Assembly: GCA_001642005.1 (NCBI GenBank)
Contig: LWCA01000066.1
Coordinates: 1-63,221, forward strand
DNA: 63,221 bases
From: Intoshia linei
Taxonomy: Eukaryota > Animalia > Orthonectida
Direction: 5' to 3'
In this document: positions 34,916 through 46,400 of the stretch, one piece after another
How the letters are laid out: each line of letters begins with the position of its first letter
How positions within the stretch are numbered: position 1 is the first letter of the stretch
The notes under the pieces: model-generated
Databases searched by the model: none
Seen by the model: only the letters and a program-made list of their open reading frames with translations
What the model was told of the DNA's origin: nothing
Made by a program: the position numbers and the translations under genes

Positions 34916-35632
34916 AATGAATATAATATAATACAATTTATTTTAACTTATTAATAAATAACCTCATTTATCAAATTTTAAAATTAAATCTCTGAAAGAG
35001 AACGATGTTAAGAATTACAATTTAACAAATATATGTAACTAACAGGTCGATAAATCGTATTATTATAACATTTCTTCACTATGATACATATTTTTAAAAT
35101 ACACAATTTTTTGCGTATTCACTTAAATCCATCCTTACTACGTGTACATTAATTTTGAAAACAAGAATATTTCTAATCGATGTAATACTTAATTAGATCA
35201 AACATTTTTTATCATTTTATAACCTAACTAAAATGTTTATAACTTATAATATACAAAAGATATGACGTTAAATTAAAATTTTTACAATTATTATAATCTT
35301 ATGATCAACCTTGTATATGTAACCTGAAATAATACATTAATTTTGATGGAACATCTGTTATATAGCGTGGACCCCTAGGAACCACAAGCTCCTTTGGAAA
35401 GCAGTGCCTTTACTGTGACATACAAAGTGTATACATTTTTTTGATATTATCAACTCCCCCACCCAATTGGTCTCAAATATATATCGCCTGTATCCGAGAA
35501 TCATTTCCTTATGCGACATTAAACCTGAGAGACAATACACAATGTGTATTACACATGTATATAAAAACAAAATATACATGTATTTATAAAATTTAATAGA
35601 ATTTTAGAATAAAAACAATATACAACAAAACT

Positions 35633-38600
35633 CTAGGATTCAAAAATATCATTTAGAAAACTATCAAATAAAACATTAACAAAACCTTTAGACTTAACGT
35701 GATGAGTAAAAAAAGTAACAAAATTTTTATAAAATTTTTTAAATTCAATAAAATGAGTCCTACCGTAGTATACCGTAGTATAATTTTCCAAATTAAAGAA
35801 TAGTACAAAAATAAAAATCATAATATAGGGAGTTTGCTTGATATTATCATTACATTTATACATTTTGATACTTTTATTGAACCAATTTTGATTAATTTGT
35901 AATTTAATGAATTTTTTTTGTGTTTCGATTGATACATTTAAATTGTGAATCGAAAAAAATATGTTTTTAAAATTTTTGAAATTATAGGTACTGGTCAAGT
36001 AATTTAGATATTGATGAATCCGTAGTTTGATATTACTAAATATATAATAATCGCAGAGATTTAAGACATGTAAAATTGTAGAGTAGTTGTATTCACCAAA
36101 TTTGAGAGGAAATGCTGATCTAGTGAACACTTCATTAACGTTTACTTTTGAATTGATTAAATAAATAATGCATTTAAAAGCCATATAATTGAAATGTTCA
36201 GGTAATGTATACAATATGCAGGTATTTTGAGTAGTATTTTGGTATTTTAACCAACTGTTGAAAAAAAGAGAATTTTTGGATAATAAAAGTGGAGTAGTTT
36301 CAGCAAATACTTTGCTAATGTATACAAATTTTATATTAACAGCATCATATCCGGTCAGAGATACGGGGCATGAAGTAGTAATGTTTTTTTTTTTGAGTTG
36401 TTGAGTTTTTTGGAGTTCACATGATAAATATGGATGTTTAGTGAATGTACATGTTATATATACATTATTTATAAGTGTAAAAAGACATTTTGTAGCCATA
36501 AAAGAAACGCCTAAATACCTTTTCCTGACACACAAAACAACAACATTTGAAAGGTATTTAATAATTTGACGCATAATATGGCTGGTAGTTTTAGATTTTG
36601 ACAAAATAAAGGTAATTGACATGATGGTTCTCATTTTAAATGGACATTTTTTGTACACAGAAGAATTGTACACACGGACAATTTCACCAATCTCAAATGG
36701 GTTATAAACTAATTTACTGAGACAAAAAACAGTTTTCAAAAAAAAATTGAAAATAGACATACTTTTTGGTATTCTATAAAGATATTTGTATTGAATAATT
36801 TGAACGGTATAAATAAGAGTAAACAAGTACCCTTTTTTGATAATAATTTCAATATATTGTGATTTCCAGATGTACTGTGAAATGAGTTTATAATTTTCAA
36901 TTGAATTACTTGGAATGGCCATATTAATCATAATTTGCAAGATAAACTGTATAGTAGTATAATTTCCAGAGTACAATTTTGATTTATACATGTATATAAA
37001 AACGGAATTATAAAATCTTTTTAAATTCACATCAATCTTTGAAACAGACCCGTACAAGGTTGTGTAAACCTCTAAATCGATAAAATTAAAAGTATCGATA
37101 ATATTGACGTGAATCGCTGCAAAATTAAAATTGAATGGCACACAACACAAAGAAAAGTAATTACAATTTAAAATTTTCAAAATCCTTGAAAACACATCAT
37201 AAAGTCCACACGACGTAAAATCGAGATTAGCATATTCATATTTGTCAATAATATCCAAAATTAAATTTGGTTTTTTGTAAAAAAAGTTGCAAAACAATAA
37301 ACGGGTTATTCTGCTTACACCACTAAACTGACCTGGTAAATTAAAAGTAAAAATAGGAATATACATTGCATTATTTTTAATAAACACGTCAAAGTGGAAA
37401 ATGTACTTAAAATTTTGATAATTTACCAAACTGTGACAGTCCAAAAAATGCTTACCGAAAGCTTTTTGGCTCAAAATAATTAAATTTTCAGAAATTTCAA
37501 TTTTTGGGGTAAAATTTGAATTCAAAGCAAAATTTTTACACAAAAATGTATTCATTTCATCAAAATTAAAAGAAAGAAATTTTTCAAAATCCGAACTCTT
37601 GGAACCCATAAAATCATTAAATTTCAAAACATGCTGACAAATTATCAATAAAATTAAATTAATTTGTTGAATATAGAGTAAAGGTAAATTTAATTTACTA
37701 AATTCATCCTTAAACTCATTGATAGTATCAATTTTAATTTTATCATAATCCAGACAGAATAAAAAGATTTTGTCGATATTTAATCTTGAAAATTCATTCA
37801 ATCGTACTCTGTGCAATTCAGGTGAAACGTGAATTTTAAGACATTTCAGAAACTGTAAATTTTGACATAAAGTAATTTTGAAATTTTCCATATTAAAATT
37901 TGATCCATGTTGAATTATTGATAGAATAGAAATTTTGAAATTTATAAATTTATTAGTCAATTTGAAAATGTGAGAAAAAATTACAATTTCATTTAGTCGA
38001 AAGTAATTTTTTTGTTTGTTGATTATGGATTCTCGTAGCAATTGTTTAAAAATATAATCATGTTTAGGTTTTATCTTGTTTTTCCAATTTAATAGTTGGA
38101 CAATTTTCATTATTAAATGTACCAAAGTTCCTTGAGTGTGAATCGACCAACAATTTATGGTTACAATTAATTTTGCTAATTTCCGACATAATCTACTATT
38201 GTTTATCAAGATAAAGAGTGATATTAAAGTTTGTAGAGTGATTGGATTAAATTTTTTAGTATCATTTGTTTCGTTTTTGGAAATGTGAAAAAGGCTGTTT
38301 AAAATTAGACATAATTTATTCGATTCAGTGCTCACATTAAGGTTCAATTCATCGACTAATTTTGATATTTTAATCGTGTTTACTTTGTTCAGGTAAATTA
38401 ATTGATTTATAGCAAAATTTTCACAAATATTGTAGGGTGGATCATGGTACATGTCGGTAGATATGGTGAAACAAGAAAATGTTGTCGACCAATCTATTTC
38501 ATTTGCATATTGACTTGTGCATTCTTTTAATGCCAAGAGTAAATGGGTTTTTATAGAGTTGTTTATGTGTTGACAATTTTTTTCCAATTTTTCATATATT

Positions 38601-38656
38601 TTTCGGTTTAATAGTTCCAAATTTGTTGTTTTAAAGTATTTTGTCAATGTTTCCAT
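35633..38656 (-). CDS. 1007-aa intronless protein, helical N-terminal region plus C-terminal BTB-like domain (possibly ARMC5-like)
   Basis: 3-kb open frame in AT-rich DNA. C-terminal NIKFVY..TPLLLSKNSLFFNSWL..LPEHFNYMAFKCIIYLI..ILHVLNLCDYYIFSNIKLRIHQYL fits a BTB pattern. The family call is inference. Confidence 0.7.
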   Translation of the reverse strand: METLTKYFKTTNLELLNRKIYEKLEKNCQHINNSIKTHLLLALKECTSQYANEIDWSTTFSCFTISTDMYHDPPYNICENFAINQLIYLNKVNTIKISKLVDELNLNVSTESNKLCLILNSLFHISKNETNDTKKFNPITLQTLISLFILINNSRLCRKLAKLIVTINCWSIHTQGTLVHLIMKIVQLLNWKNKIKPKHDYIFKQLLRESIINKQKNYFRLNEIVIFSHIFKLTNKFINFKISILSIIQHGSNFNMENFKITLCQNLQFLKCLKIHVSPELHRVRLNEFSRLNIDKIFLFCLDYDKIKIDTINEFKDEFSKLNLPLLYIQQINLILLIICQHVLKFNDFMGSKSSDFEKFLSFNFDEMNTFLCKNFALNSNFTPKIEISENLIILSQKAFGKHFLDCHSLVNYQNFKYIFHFDVFIKNNAMYIPIFTFNLPGQFSGVSRITRLLFCNFFYKKPNLILDIIDKYEYANLDFTSCGLYDVFSRILKILNCNYFSLCCVPFNFNFAAIHVNIIDTFNFIDLEVYTTLYGSVSKIDVNLKRFYNSVFIYMYKSKLYSGNYTTIQFILQIMINMAIPSNSIENYKLISQYIWKSQYIEIIIKKGYLFTLIYTVQIIQYKYLYRIPKSMSIFNFFLKTVFCLSKLVYNPFEIGEIVRVYNSSVYKKCPFKMRTIMSITFILSKSKTTSHIMRQIIKYLSNVVVLCVRKRYLGVSFMATKCLFTLINNVYITCTFTKHPYLSCELQKTQQLKKKNITTSCPVSLTGYDAVNIKFVYISKVFAETTPLLLSKNSLFFNSWLKYQNTTQNTCILYTLPEHFNYMAFKCIIYLINSKVNVNEVFTRSAFPLKFGEYNYSTILHVLNLCDYYIFSNIKLRIHQYLNYLTSTYNFKNFKNIFFSIHNLNVSIETQKKFIKLQINQNWFNKSIKMYKCNDNIKQTPYIMIFIFVLFFNLENYTTVYYGRTHFIEFKKFYKNFVTFFTHHVKSKGFVNVLFDSFLNDIFES

Positions 38657-38939
38657 TTTATTAACTTTGTTTCGTTGATGAGTTGCTGAATTGATGAGAG
38701 TTGGTTTAAATATTTAATATTTTAAATATTTTCGTTCAGTTTTACTAAAAAATTACTTTATCATAAACTTTTTACATTTTATTTTTATTACTTTGGTAAT
38801 TTCAATTAAATTGCTAAACAACTTTATTCGTATCGGAATTGTGTTGTAAATTTTTATTACATTAAATTTACATTTTAATTTTACATTTATTAAACGTTAA
38901 TTGTTTTCATGTTTTAAATTTTTGTTTTTATTTGATTTA

Positions 38940-41900
38940 ATGACAAAGCACGGAAAAAATGCTACTGCCAGCACACATTATCGTAATTATATGGACTTTT
39001 AAATTTTTTACTGTTTTAGTTTTATAGTTATTTTTAATTTTTATTTACCTTCGACGGTAAAAAAGTGAATATAACGTAAATATTTCAAAAGTTTTACTTT
39101 TGAGGAGTTGACAGTAAATCTGATTAATTATTTGATATATAATTTGAAGATTTTTTCATTTAGATGATTTATTATTAATTAATGTATAGGTTATCATGAA
39201 CTGAAGAAAGATTGCCGTGATGGTAAATACGGAACACAGAAAGTACGCCTTTCCAAGGATTCAATTAAGGTAATTAAAATTCTTTCATTTTAACTAACCT
39301 GCTTTTCCCTTCAAACGGGGATGTGAACCCAGAGTTTTTTACTGTCCATAAAATACTAAAATGTATATTAAATGACTATTTGATGACAATATCGACACAA
39401 TCTTTAACACTAGACAGTTTCACGTATTAAAATTCCATGATTTCATTTTCTTTATTTAAAAATAATTCATAATTTGAGGTTTATAACGAAAGTGCAAGCT
39501 TTTGATGTTGAATTTTATCATAATGCTCATGATTTAAAAAAATGCCCAGAATTTTTGTTTTTTTAAATTCTAAGGACTTGATTCATTTTTAAAAAAATGG
39601 TCATTTGTGGTTCTGGCCGAGAAGGTGCAAATATTTTAATTTTATGTTTTTAGTTTTCTACTGAAATAGATGCACCAGTGGTTCCGGATTCAAATAATGT
39701 ACGGACCCACATTTTAAAATATTTATTTTTTTGGACCCCAAAGGAAACATAAAATATAAAACATTTATTAAAAAATTAAAGTTTTTTTTTGGTTTTTGAT
39801 ATGATTTGGTAAAATCTTGTTTTCAAAAAGATATTGGTAAAATTGGATTTTCCATTGTAGGTTTGAGATGGTATTTTTTATTTGGAATTTTTGATTAAGA
39901 AGTTTATAAGATTTGCTAAAATCGGATTTTTCAAAAAAATGTTGAAAAAAAAGGATTTTTACCACGGGTTGGTAAAATCGTGTTTTTAAAAAAAATATTG
40001 GAAAAAGGGGCTTTTCCCTTAACCCTTTCGCTGTCTGTGCATTCTATGTTATGCACAGTAACATAATGAAAAACATGAAATATAAAACATTTATTAAAAA
40101 ATTAAAGTTTTTTTTTCATATGATTTGATAAAACTTTGTTTTTCAAAAAATATCGGTAAAAATGATATTTCTATTATGGGTTGGTAAAATCGTGTTTTTT
40201 AAAAAAATGTTAGAAAAAGGGGATTTTCCCTGATAGTTTGAAATGGTTTTTTATTTTATTGTATTATAAAAGTGGGATTTTTTAAATAATAATAATATAG
40301 TGCTCGCCTAGGCTTTGGGATAAATTCCCTACAGCTGACAACTTTGTAATAAATATTAAAAATTAAAAAGTTGATAAAATTTTTGTATATATAATATTAG
40401 TATCTGGGACCCCAATTTGGAACCACTGGGTTACACAGACAGAAACTAATTTTTAGCAACTTTTATTTTGATTTCAAAATATTTGCATAGCTTGGTTTAC
40501 TTTTGATTGTACTAACAGTTAATAAGAAATGTAATAGTTTAGTTCAGTTTGATTTTCGTGTAGACTTATTTATTATATTTAATTTGAATTTTATTGGGAT
40601 ATCCAAGATTTATCTAATAATTGGATTAGAAATCACTTGTGTTTAAATATTGCAGATACTAAAAAAACTATCTATACCCCAGCAGAATATCCTTGTCGAT
40701 TTATTGTGCGAAAATTTATTTAGGATTTATTATCGATAAAAATTATTTGGTAAAATTGGGGCCCGTCATATTTAAAGTTTAAGAATCACTGGTATTTATA
40801 CATATTTTATTTAGTCATTTGATTGTTGCTCTTTAACCTTACAACCTTGTAAGTTTGCATTAGTTTCTCCGGATGGAGATGTTTTTGATAAAGAATCTAT
40901 TATTGAATTTATCCTACAGCGCAAAAAGGTTATTAAAAAAGAATTAGATGTTTATAAGAAAAATTTGAAATATTATAATGCTTGGAAAAGAGATCAGGAA
41001 GGTAATTTATAAATAAATTGTATGTGTTACATGTAATATTTAGTAAATAAACCATTACCTAAAATACACAACCCTGATGAATCAACTTCAAATATGCATG
41101 GAGAAGAAAGAAAAAAATTAAACAATTTTTGGGTGGTTACTGCCAAAGATAATGTAAAAGTTGTCAATATGCCAATTAAACCGGTAAAATGTAACTTAAT
41201 ATAATAACTCTTTAACCCAATGTTTTCAATTTTAATGGACCTTCTAAACAACACGGGCTTACCCGTACTGTTATAGGGCTTTAATTTGAATATTTGATAC
41301 TGATTAACATTTTAAACCATGGTTAAGGAATTGTTGAATGTGAAAACTTTGGGAAAAGCTGATCTATATAATCTTATTTTATTGATCTCAGAATACCAAA
41401 GTATTAAACCCAATTTCAAATAAACCATTGAAATTTAAAGATTTGTTGCCGATTGAATTTGTTGAATCGCCCAATTCTCATACATGTTCATTAGCTAAGG
41501 TAATATTTGTTAATATTTTTAATTAATTTTAGAAAAAATATGTTTGTGCAGCTACCGGTGATGAATTGTCCAACAATGTTGCTTGCGCCATCTTTAAAAC
41601 ATCGTAAAATTTTATATTGATTGATATCGTTCGGTCCGTAATTATATGAACCAAATTACAATTAAAAATTACATTTTTAATAACATTAAATCAATTAATT
41701 AACTTAATTGAACGATAAGTTGAATTGTCACTATTTATTACATTTCTCGAATTTTTTTTTAAAATACAAATGTAATTTTATCAATTTTATTAACTGTTTA
41801 CTCTTGCTCTTGTTCATATTTTATGTACGTGCTGATACGGCAATACCTTAAAACACATTGGTCAAATTTTATGTAAAGTTTTAGTGGAAAAGTAATCACA

Positions 41901-42244
41901 TTAAAATATGCCATGCAGGTATTTAAAACGGATAAAAGTGATCCATTCAACAACAAACCTTTGCAGAAGGACGATTTAATTGAATTAAAACGGGTTTATT
42001 TGTAATTAATCAAAGGGACTTACCTTGTATCACATTATATTCTATATTATACAGTTTTGTGAAATTGGTCACATTTTTTATTTTTAGACTGTTTTAAATT
42101 GTGCTTCCATATCTTGAGATTACAATTTGTTTGTGATAAATATAGTATTAGCTTATATGTTACATTATATTTTAGGGAAGCTCTGGTTTTGTTCACGAAA
42201 AAACGAATTTATTGGCCATAAAAATTAATCCTATTATAAATTAA
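38940..42244 (+). CDS. NOSIP: Nitric oxide synthase-interacting protein
   Basis: MTKHGKNATASTHYSYHELKKD..YGTQKVRLSKDSIKSFDCCSLTLQPC..VSPDGDVFDKESIIEFIL, NNFWV, YVCAATGDELSN, DLIELKRGSSGF..*. Confidence 0.95.
39676..40428. mobile_element. hAT-type MITE with internal GGTTGGTAAAA repeats (NOSIP intron)
   Basis: TIRs CAGTGGTTCC / GGAACCACTG; left end shared with the copy starting at 12512. Confidence 0.7.
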
Positions 42245-43396
42245 AATGTATATAAATTATTATTACATGTATAATATACAATGTATATATACTATATATA
42301 CATTGTATACTTCTTTATATATTCTTGCAAGCACTATTGATTTTATCTTCAGAGGTTGCTGTTATGTACTTCGTACAACCAGAACCTAGCTCTGCCGAGG
42401 GCAGACTTTTTTAATATCGACAAAAGATTAAATTCAATAATAAAATCTTACTTAAAAATGCTACATTCACTATTATTAATCCTTTAATATAGTAAATTCC
42501 AAACTGTTTCAATAAACCTTTTCAATAAATTAATGGTTAATTATAATAACCTTAAAAACAATTTTTATCCCATTTTTTTATTTTATAGTGAATTGAGTTT
42601 ATAATTTTAAAAATAAAGTCAAAACAATAAAATCCTAAAAATTGTCATAAATAGCTTAAATTCCATAAAAACTAAAATTTTAAATATGGTATTTTCTTTT
42701 TTAATGTGATGCACCATCACTGATAGTATATATTCAGTATCTATTTTCTATAAGTAAAATATATTTTGGGTGAATTTTTATCAAACTGCAATAAATTGTA
42801 GTAGAATAATGTTTAATTTTTTTAATTGTAGAATCATTAATTATTTTAAATTTTTTGTTTTACATATGTTAATAAAATAGTTTTCAAATAAAAAATGAAT
42901 ACTAAAGTGCTTTTTTAACCGTTAAGGTGTCACTTTGAAATTGTCAATAATTTTCTAAGAAATCGATATCTGTATCTGAATAAACTTCCTGCGAAAAAAG
43001 ATTTACTTACTTTTTATCCAAAATTGTCTTTATCTACGAACCCACTAGAGGTAAGTGTTATGAATTATAGAAATAATAGTACAATGAACTCGACACGTTC
43101 GATTTCCATGAATTTGCCGGGCAAAACAAGAACCTCTGAGGAATCTAAACAGAAATTTTTTAAATAATTCCCGTGTGGTGTATAATAAATATGTCGATGT
43201 GCCAACGCTATTCGTATTATTTAGCCTATTAGCCCCTTTTTAGTTACTGAAAACAATTCGTATAGTAAAAATAATGTATCGATTTAAGTTATTAAATTCA
43301 ATTAGGTAAAATCTTCGCAATAACGGTTTTTTGGTGTTTTAAAAAAGACGTACTGTTTCCTAGGGCGCGAATTGTTCGCTATAAATTATATTTTTG

Positions 43397-43489
43397 GGAC
43401 CTTCCGGTTTTGTTCACGAAACAACCAATTTACTGGCCATAGAAATTATTAAATGTTTATTTATACATTATTGCATTAATCACTACTGA
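43397..43489 (+). pseudogene. Degenerate duplicate of the NOSIP terminal exon
   Basis: GPSGFVHETTNLLAIEI versus GSSGFVHEKTNLLAIKI at 42176; the acceptor reads TTTTTG instead of TTTTAG. Confidence 0.8.
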
Positions 43490-46400
43490 ACATTTTATTG
43501 ATTGTATGATATTTTTCGAAAATACACTAAAATAATGTATTTACCATTTTATAAACTAAAAAATTACTTTATACAGAACAATACATTGATGTATAGATTT
43601 GCTAGAAGAAACTTCTCGTATAGAATGCATACTCCATTGTTGTGCACCAATATCTAAAGACTTGATTCCACACATTTTTGAAATATGACAGCCCAACGTC
43701 GAACCTCCAGACAAATCGTTTCTATCGCACGTTTTCTATGGGTAAATCAATTTGTAATTTCAATAATATACCTCAATTTTCACATCAGCAATCTTACCAA
43801 GCCATTGCATCATTGCACCAGTTATTAGTGTACTCGTAAAATTTTTATTTCCATTATATTTCACTGAAGGATACTAAATTTTGTTAAAATTAAAGCGTCA
43901 ATAAATAAATAATTAAAAACATACGCTATCAATTTTAGAAGCAGTTTGCTCTTCGTGTTTTTCTCTAAATTAAAACATGTAATTAACATTTAAACTTAGT
44001 AAATTGCTACTTCCAGTAATTTTAAAGAACCCTCCAGAGTCATTATAAAAATTTGATATCACAGATAAATAAAACTATTTTAAATTATTCGATCACACAA
44101 TTTACATTTTTTCTCATTCAGAAAAATAAAAAAAGTAGTGTAAATTAAGGCTTATCAGTTTGGGTATGAGTGTGAATGTGGAGTTTTTTTAGAGTTAACA
44201 TTTCATTTTTTACAAAGTAAAATAAATTAAAGATCGTTGTATGTACTTGTTTCAAATAATATCGACCAACTTAAAAAATTAGTGAAAACTTTGTTTTAAA
44301 CATTAGTTGCGAAACAAAATAAAAATATTACGGATAAAACGGATGCAATGCATGTCCACTATCGACGTGAAACATTGTTGAATTTGCAATAGATCTATCA
44401 TGGCATTGACAATCATTATTTGATAATAATGATTCAATTCTCTTCAATAAATTTGGAGTTAAACACGTTTGAGCCCCTTCAACACTCTTAGATCCGACCT
44501 ATATTTAAGTGGAATATAAACATGAATACATTAATATGTAATTAGAAATTAGCCATATTCATAATATGAAATGTAATTAATGATTAAATTACCTCTTCAT
44601 TGTGGTAGGTTCCGTAAATTCGTATAGTGGTGTCATTTTCTAAACCTTGTGATTCGCACAATGCCTACATGTATACAATTATAAAACAATCAAAATATAC
44701 CTTCAAACAGGTGTATGTCCCCATCAAATTGTCTTGTCTGGCAGAATAAATAAATTCATCTGCGACTCCACCCACAGACTTGTAGAATAAAATTAAAAAT
44801 ATTGACAAATTATACATACAGAAGTTTGACAATCACTAAAGATAACATCCGCATCAAGAACGTCTTCTGGTTTACACCCAACATCTTTTAAAATAACTTG
44901 AAATAGAGGATTAGCGTATTCCTATACATTATGTAATTAGATATAAGTGCCATTGGTTTGAGGTGTAAGATTAATAAATAAAAAAATAATCACTTTTAGC
45001 TTTTCTTTGTTTTCAGCTTCATCTTTCTTTTCGTCCTTTTTTTCGTCTTCACATTTACCCAAAACAACTAATCTAAACTTAAGAATTATTCAGTATACAT
45101 GGTGTAAATTGCCGAATTTACGTTATGCTATTAAACACAAAATTGGATGGTAAAAACAAATATACAAAAGAAATATTTACAAATTTTTTTCTCCAAATGC
45201 CTTTAAATTGTATTTATTGTCCGGATGTAAGTGAACACATACTGAAGGAATTGTTCCGATTGGCTTTTTAGTACAAAATAATTTTGAAACTGGTCCATCC
45301 TTTCCCTATACAGAATAACATGTATACTTTACAACAAACCAATTATAATTAAATCATCATAAATAAAAGGTCATACTTTATATATAATTCGGCCAGATGC
45401 CTTGAGATCTCGATTAAACCATGTGGACCACATGCCACCTAAGTTTTATAAATTATAATATAAATAAAAATGTATTTCTTAAATAAATAAGTCCATTTCA
45501 TAAAAATGTGAATTAATATCATTAATAATATAATATAAACCTCCATATGTATCTAATGAAGCAACCCAAAATCCTTTGTGTTTTTTAACACCATTCTGCT
45601 TTAACTAAATTTACAAACATGTACACAATTAATTTAAAATTAAATTACCTTCAAGACTGGACTGTCTGTATGAGCAGTCACGAAACTATATCCATTTCCA
45701 CAGCTATATTTCCCTCCAACAGCAAATGCAATAACAGTTGATTCTTGGATTGTAACAAAATACTAAATATATTATTAATATTGAATTTTTTGGGAAATTG
45801 TTTGTACCAAATTTTAAGGATGGTTTTTAGGGAAATTTTAGAGGATTTTTTTCCGAGTTTTTAAATTTTATTTGTTTCGTTCCACATCATTAACGAAAGT
45901 AAAATGTGTCGAGGTTTAAAACACTAATTTCTAATAGTTTTTCGAGGAATACTTTTATCGCAAATTAGATTTCAGAAATTTAGTTTATAAAGTAAAAACA
46001 CCAAATTACCCATTCTATTTTTAAAAATAAACAAATAAGGTATTTTAGGCTCTGCATCATACATACAGTTGTCGGTTTAAAATTTAAATTAAAACCACAT
46101 TCTGAAAAATTCATTGTTTCAAATTTAACCAGAAAATCCTTATTTCCTAGTTAATTTAGTTGAATAATCAATTTATAATAAATAAATAATAAATCAAAAT
46201 ATAATTATATTTTGATGAAGTAACTTTTTTCACATAACCATTATTAGTGATTCTTGCTGAATAAATTATCAATTAAAAGATGTAAACCACACAATAATTT
46301 TAAATTCAATTTAATAAGATAATGTAGTACAAAATTTACTTTCGGACAATTATAAAATCGATATCGAAAAAAAGTAAAATGACCTTTCCATTATTTTTAA

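Noticed and set aside
35350-35535. SECIS element in the 3' UTR of the 1007-aa gene
   Set aside because: The ORF has no in-frame TGA, and the ATGA..AA..GA spacing does not fit.
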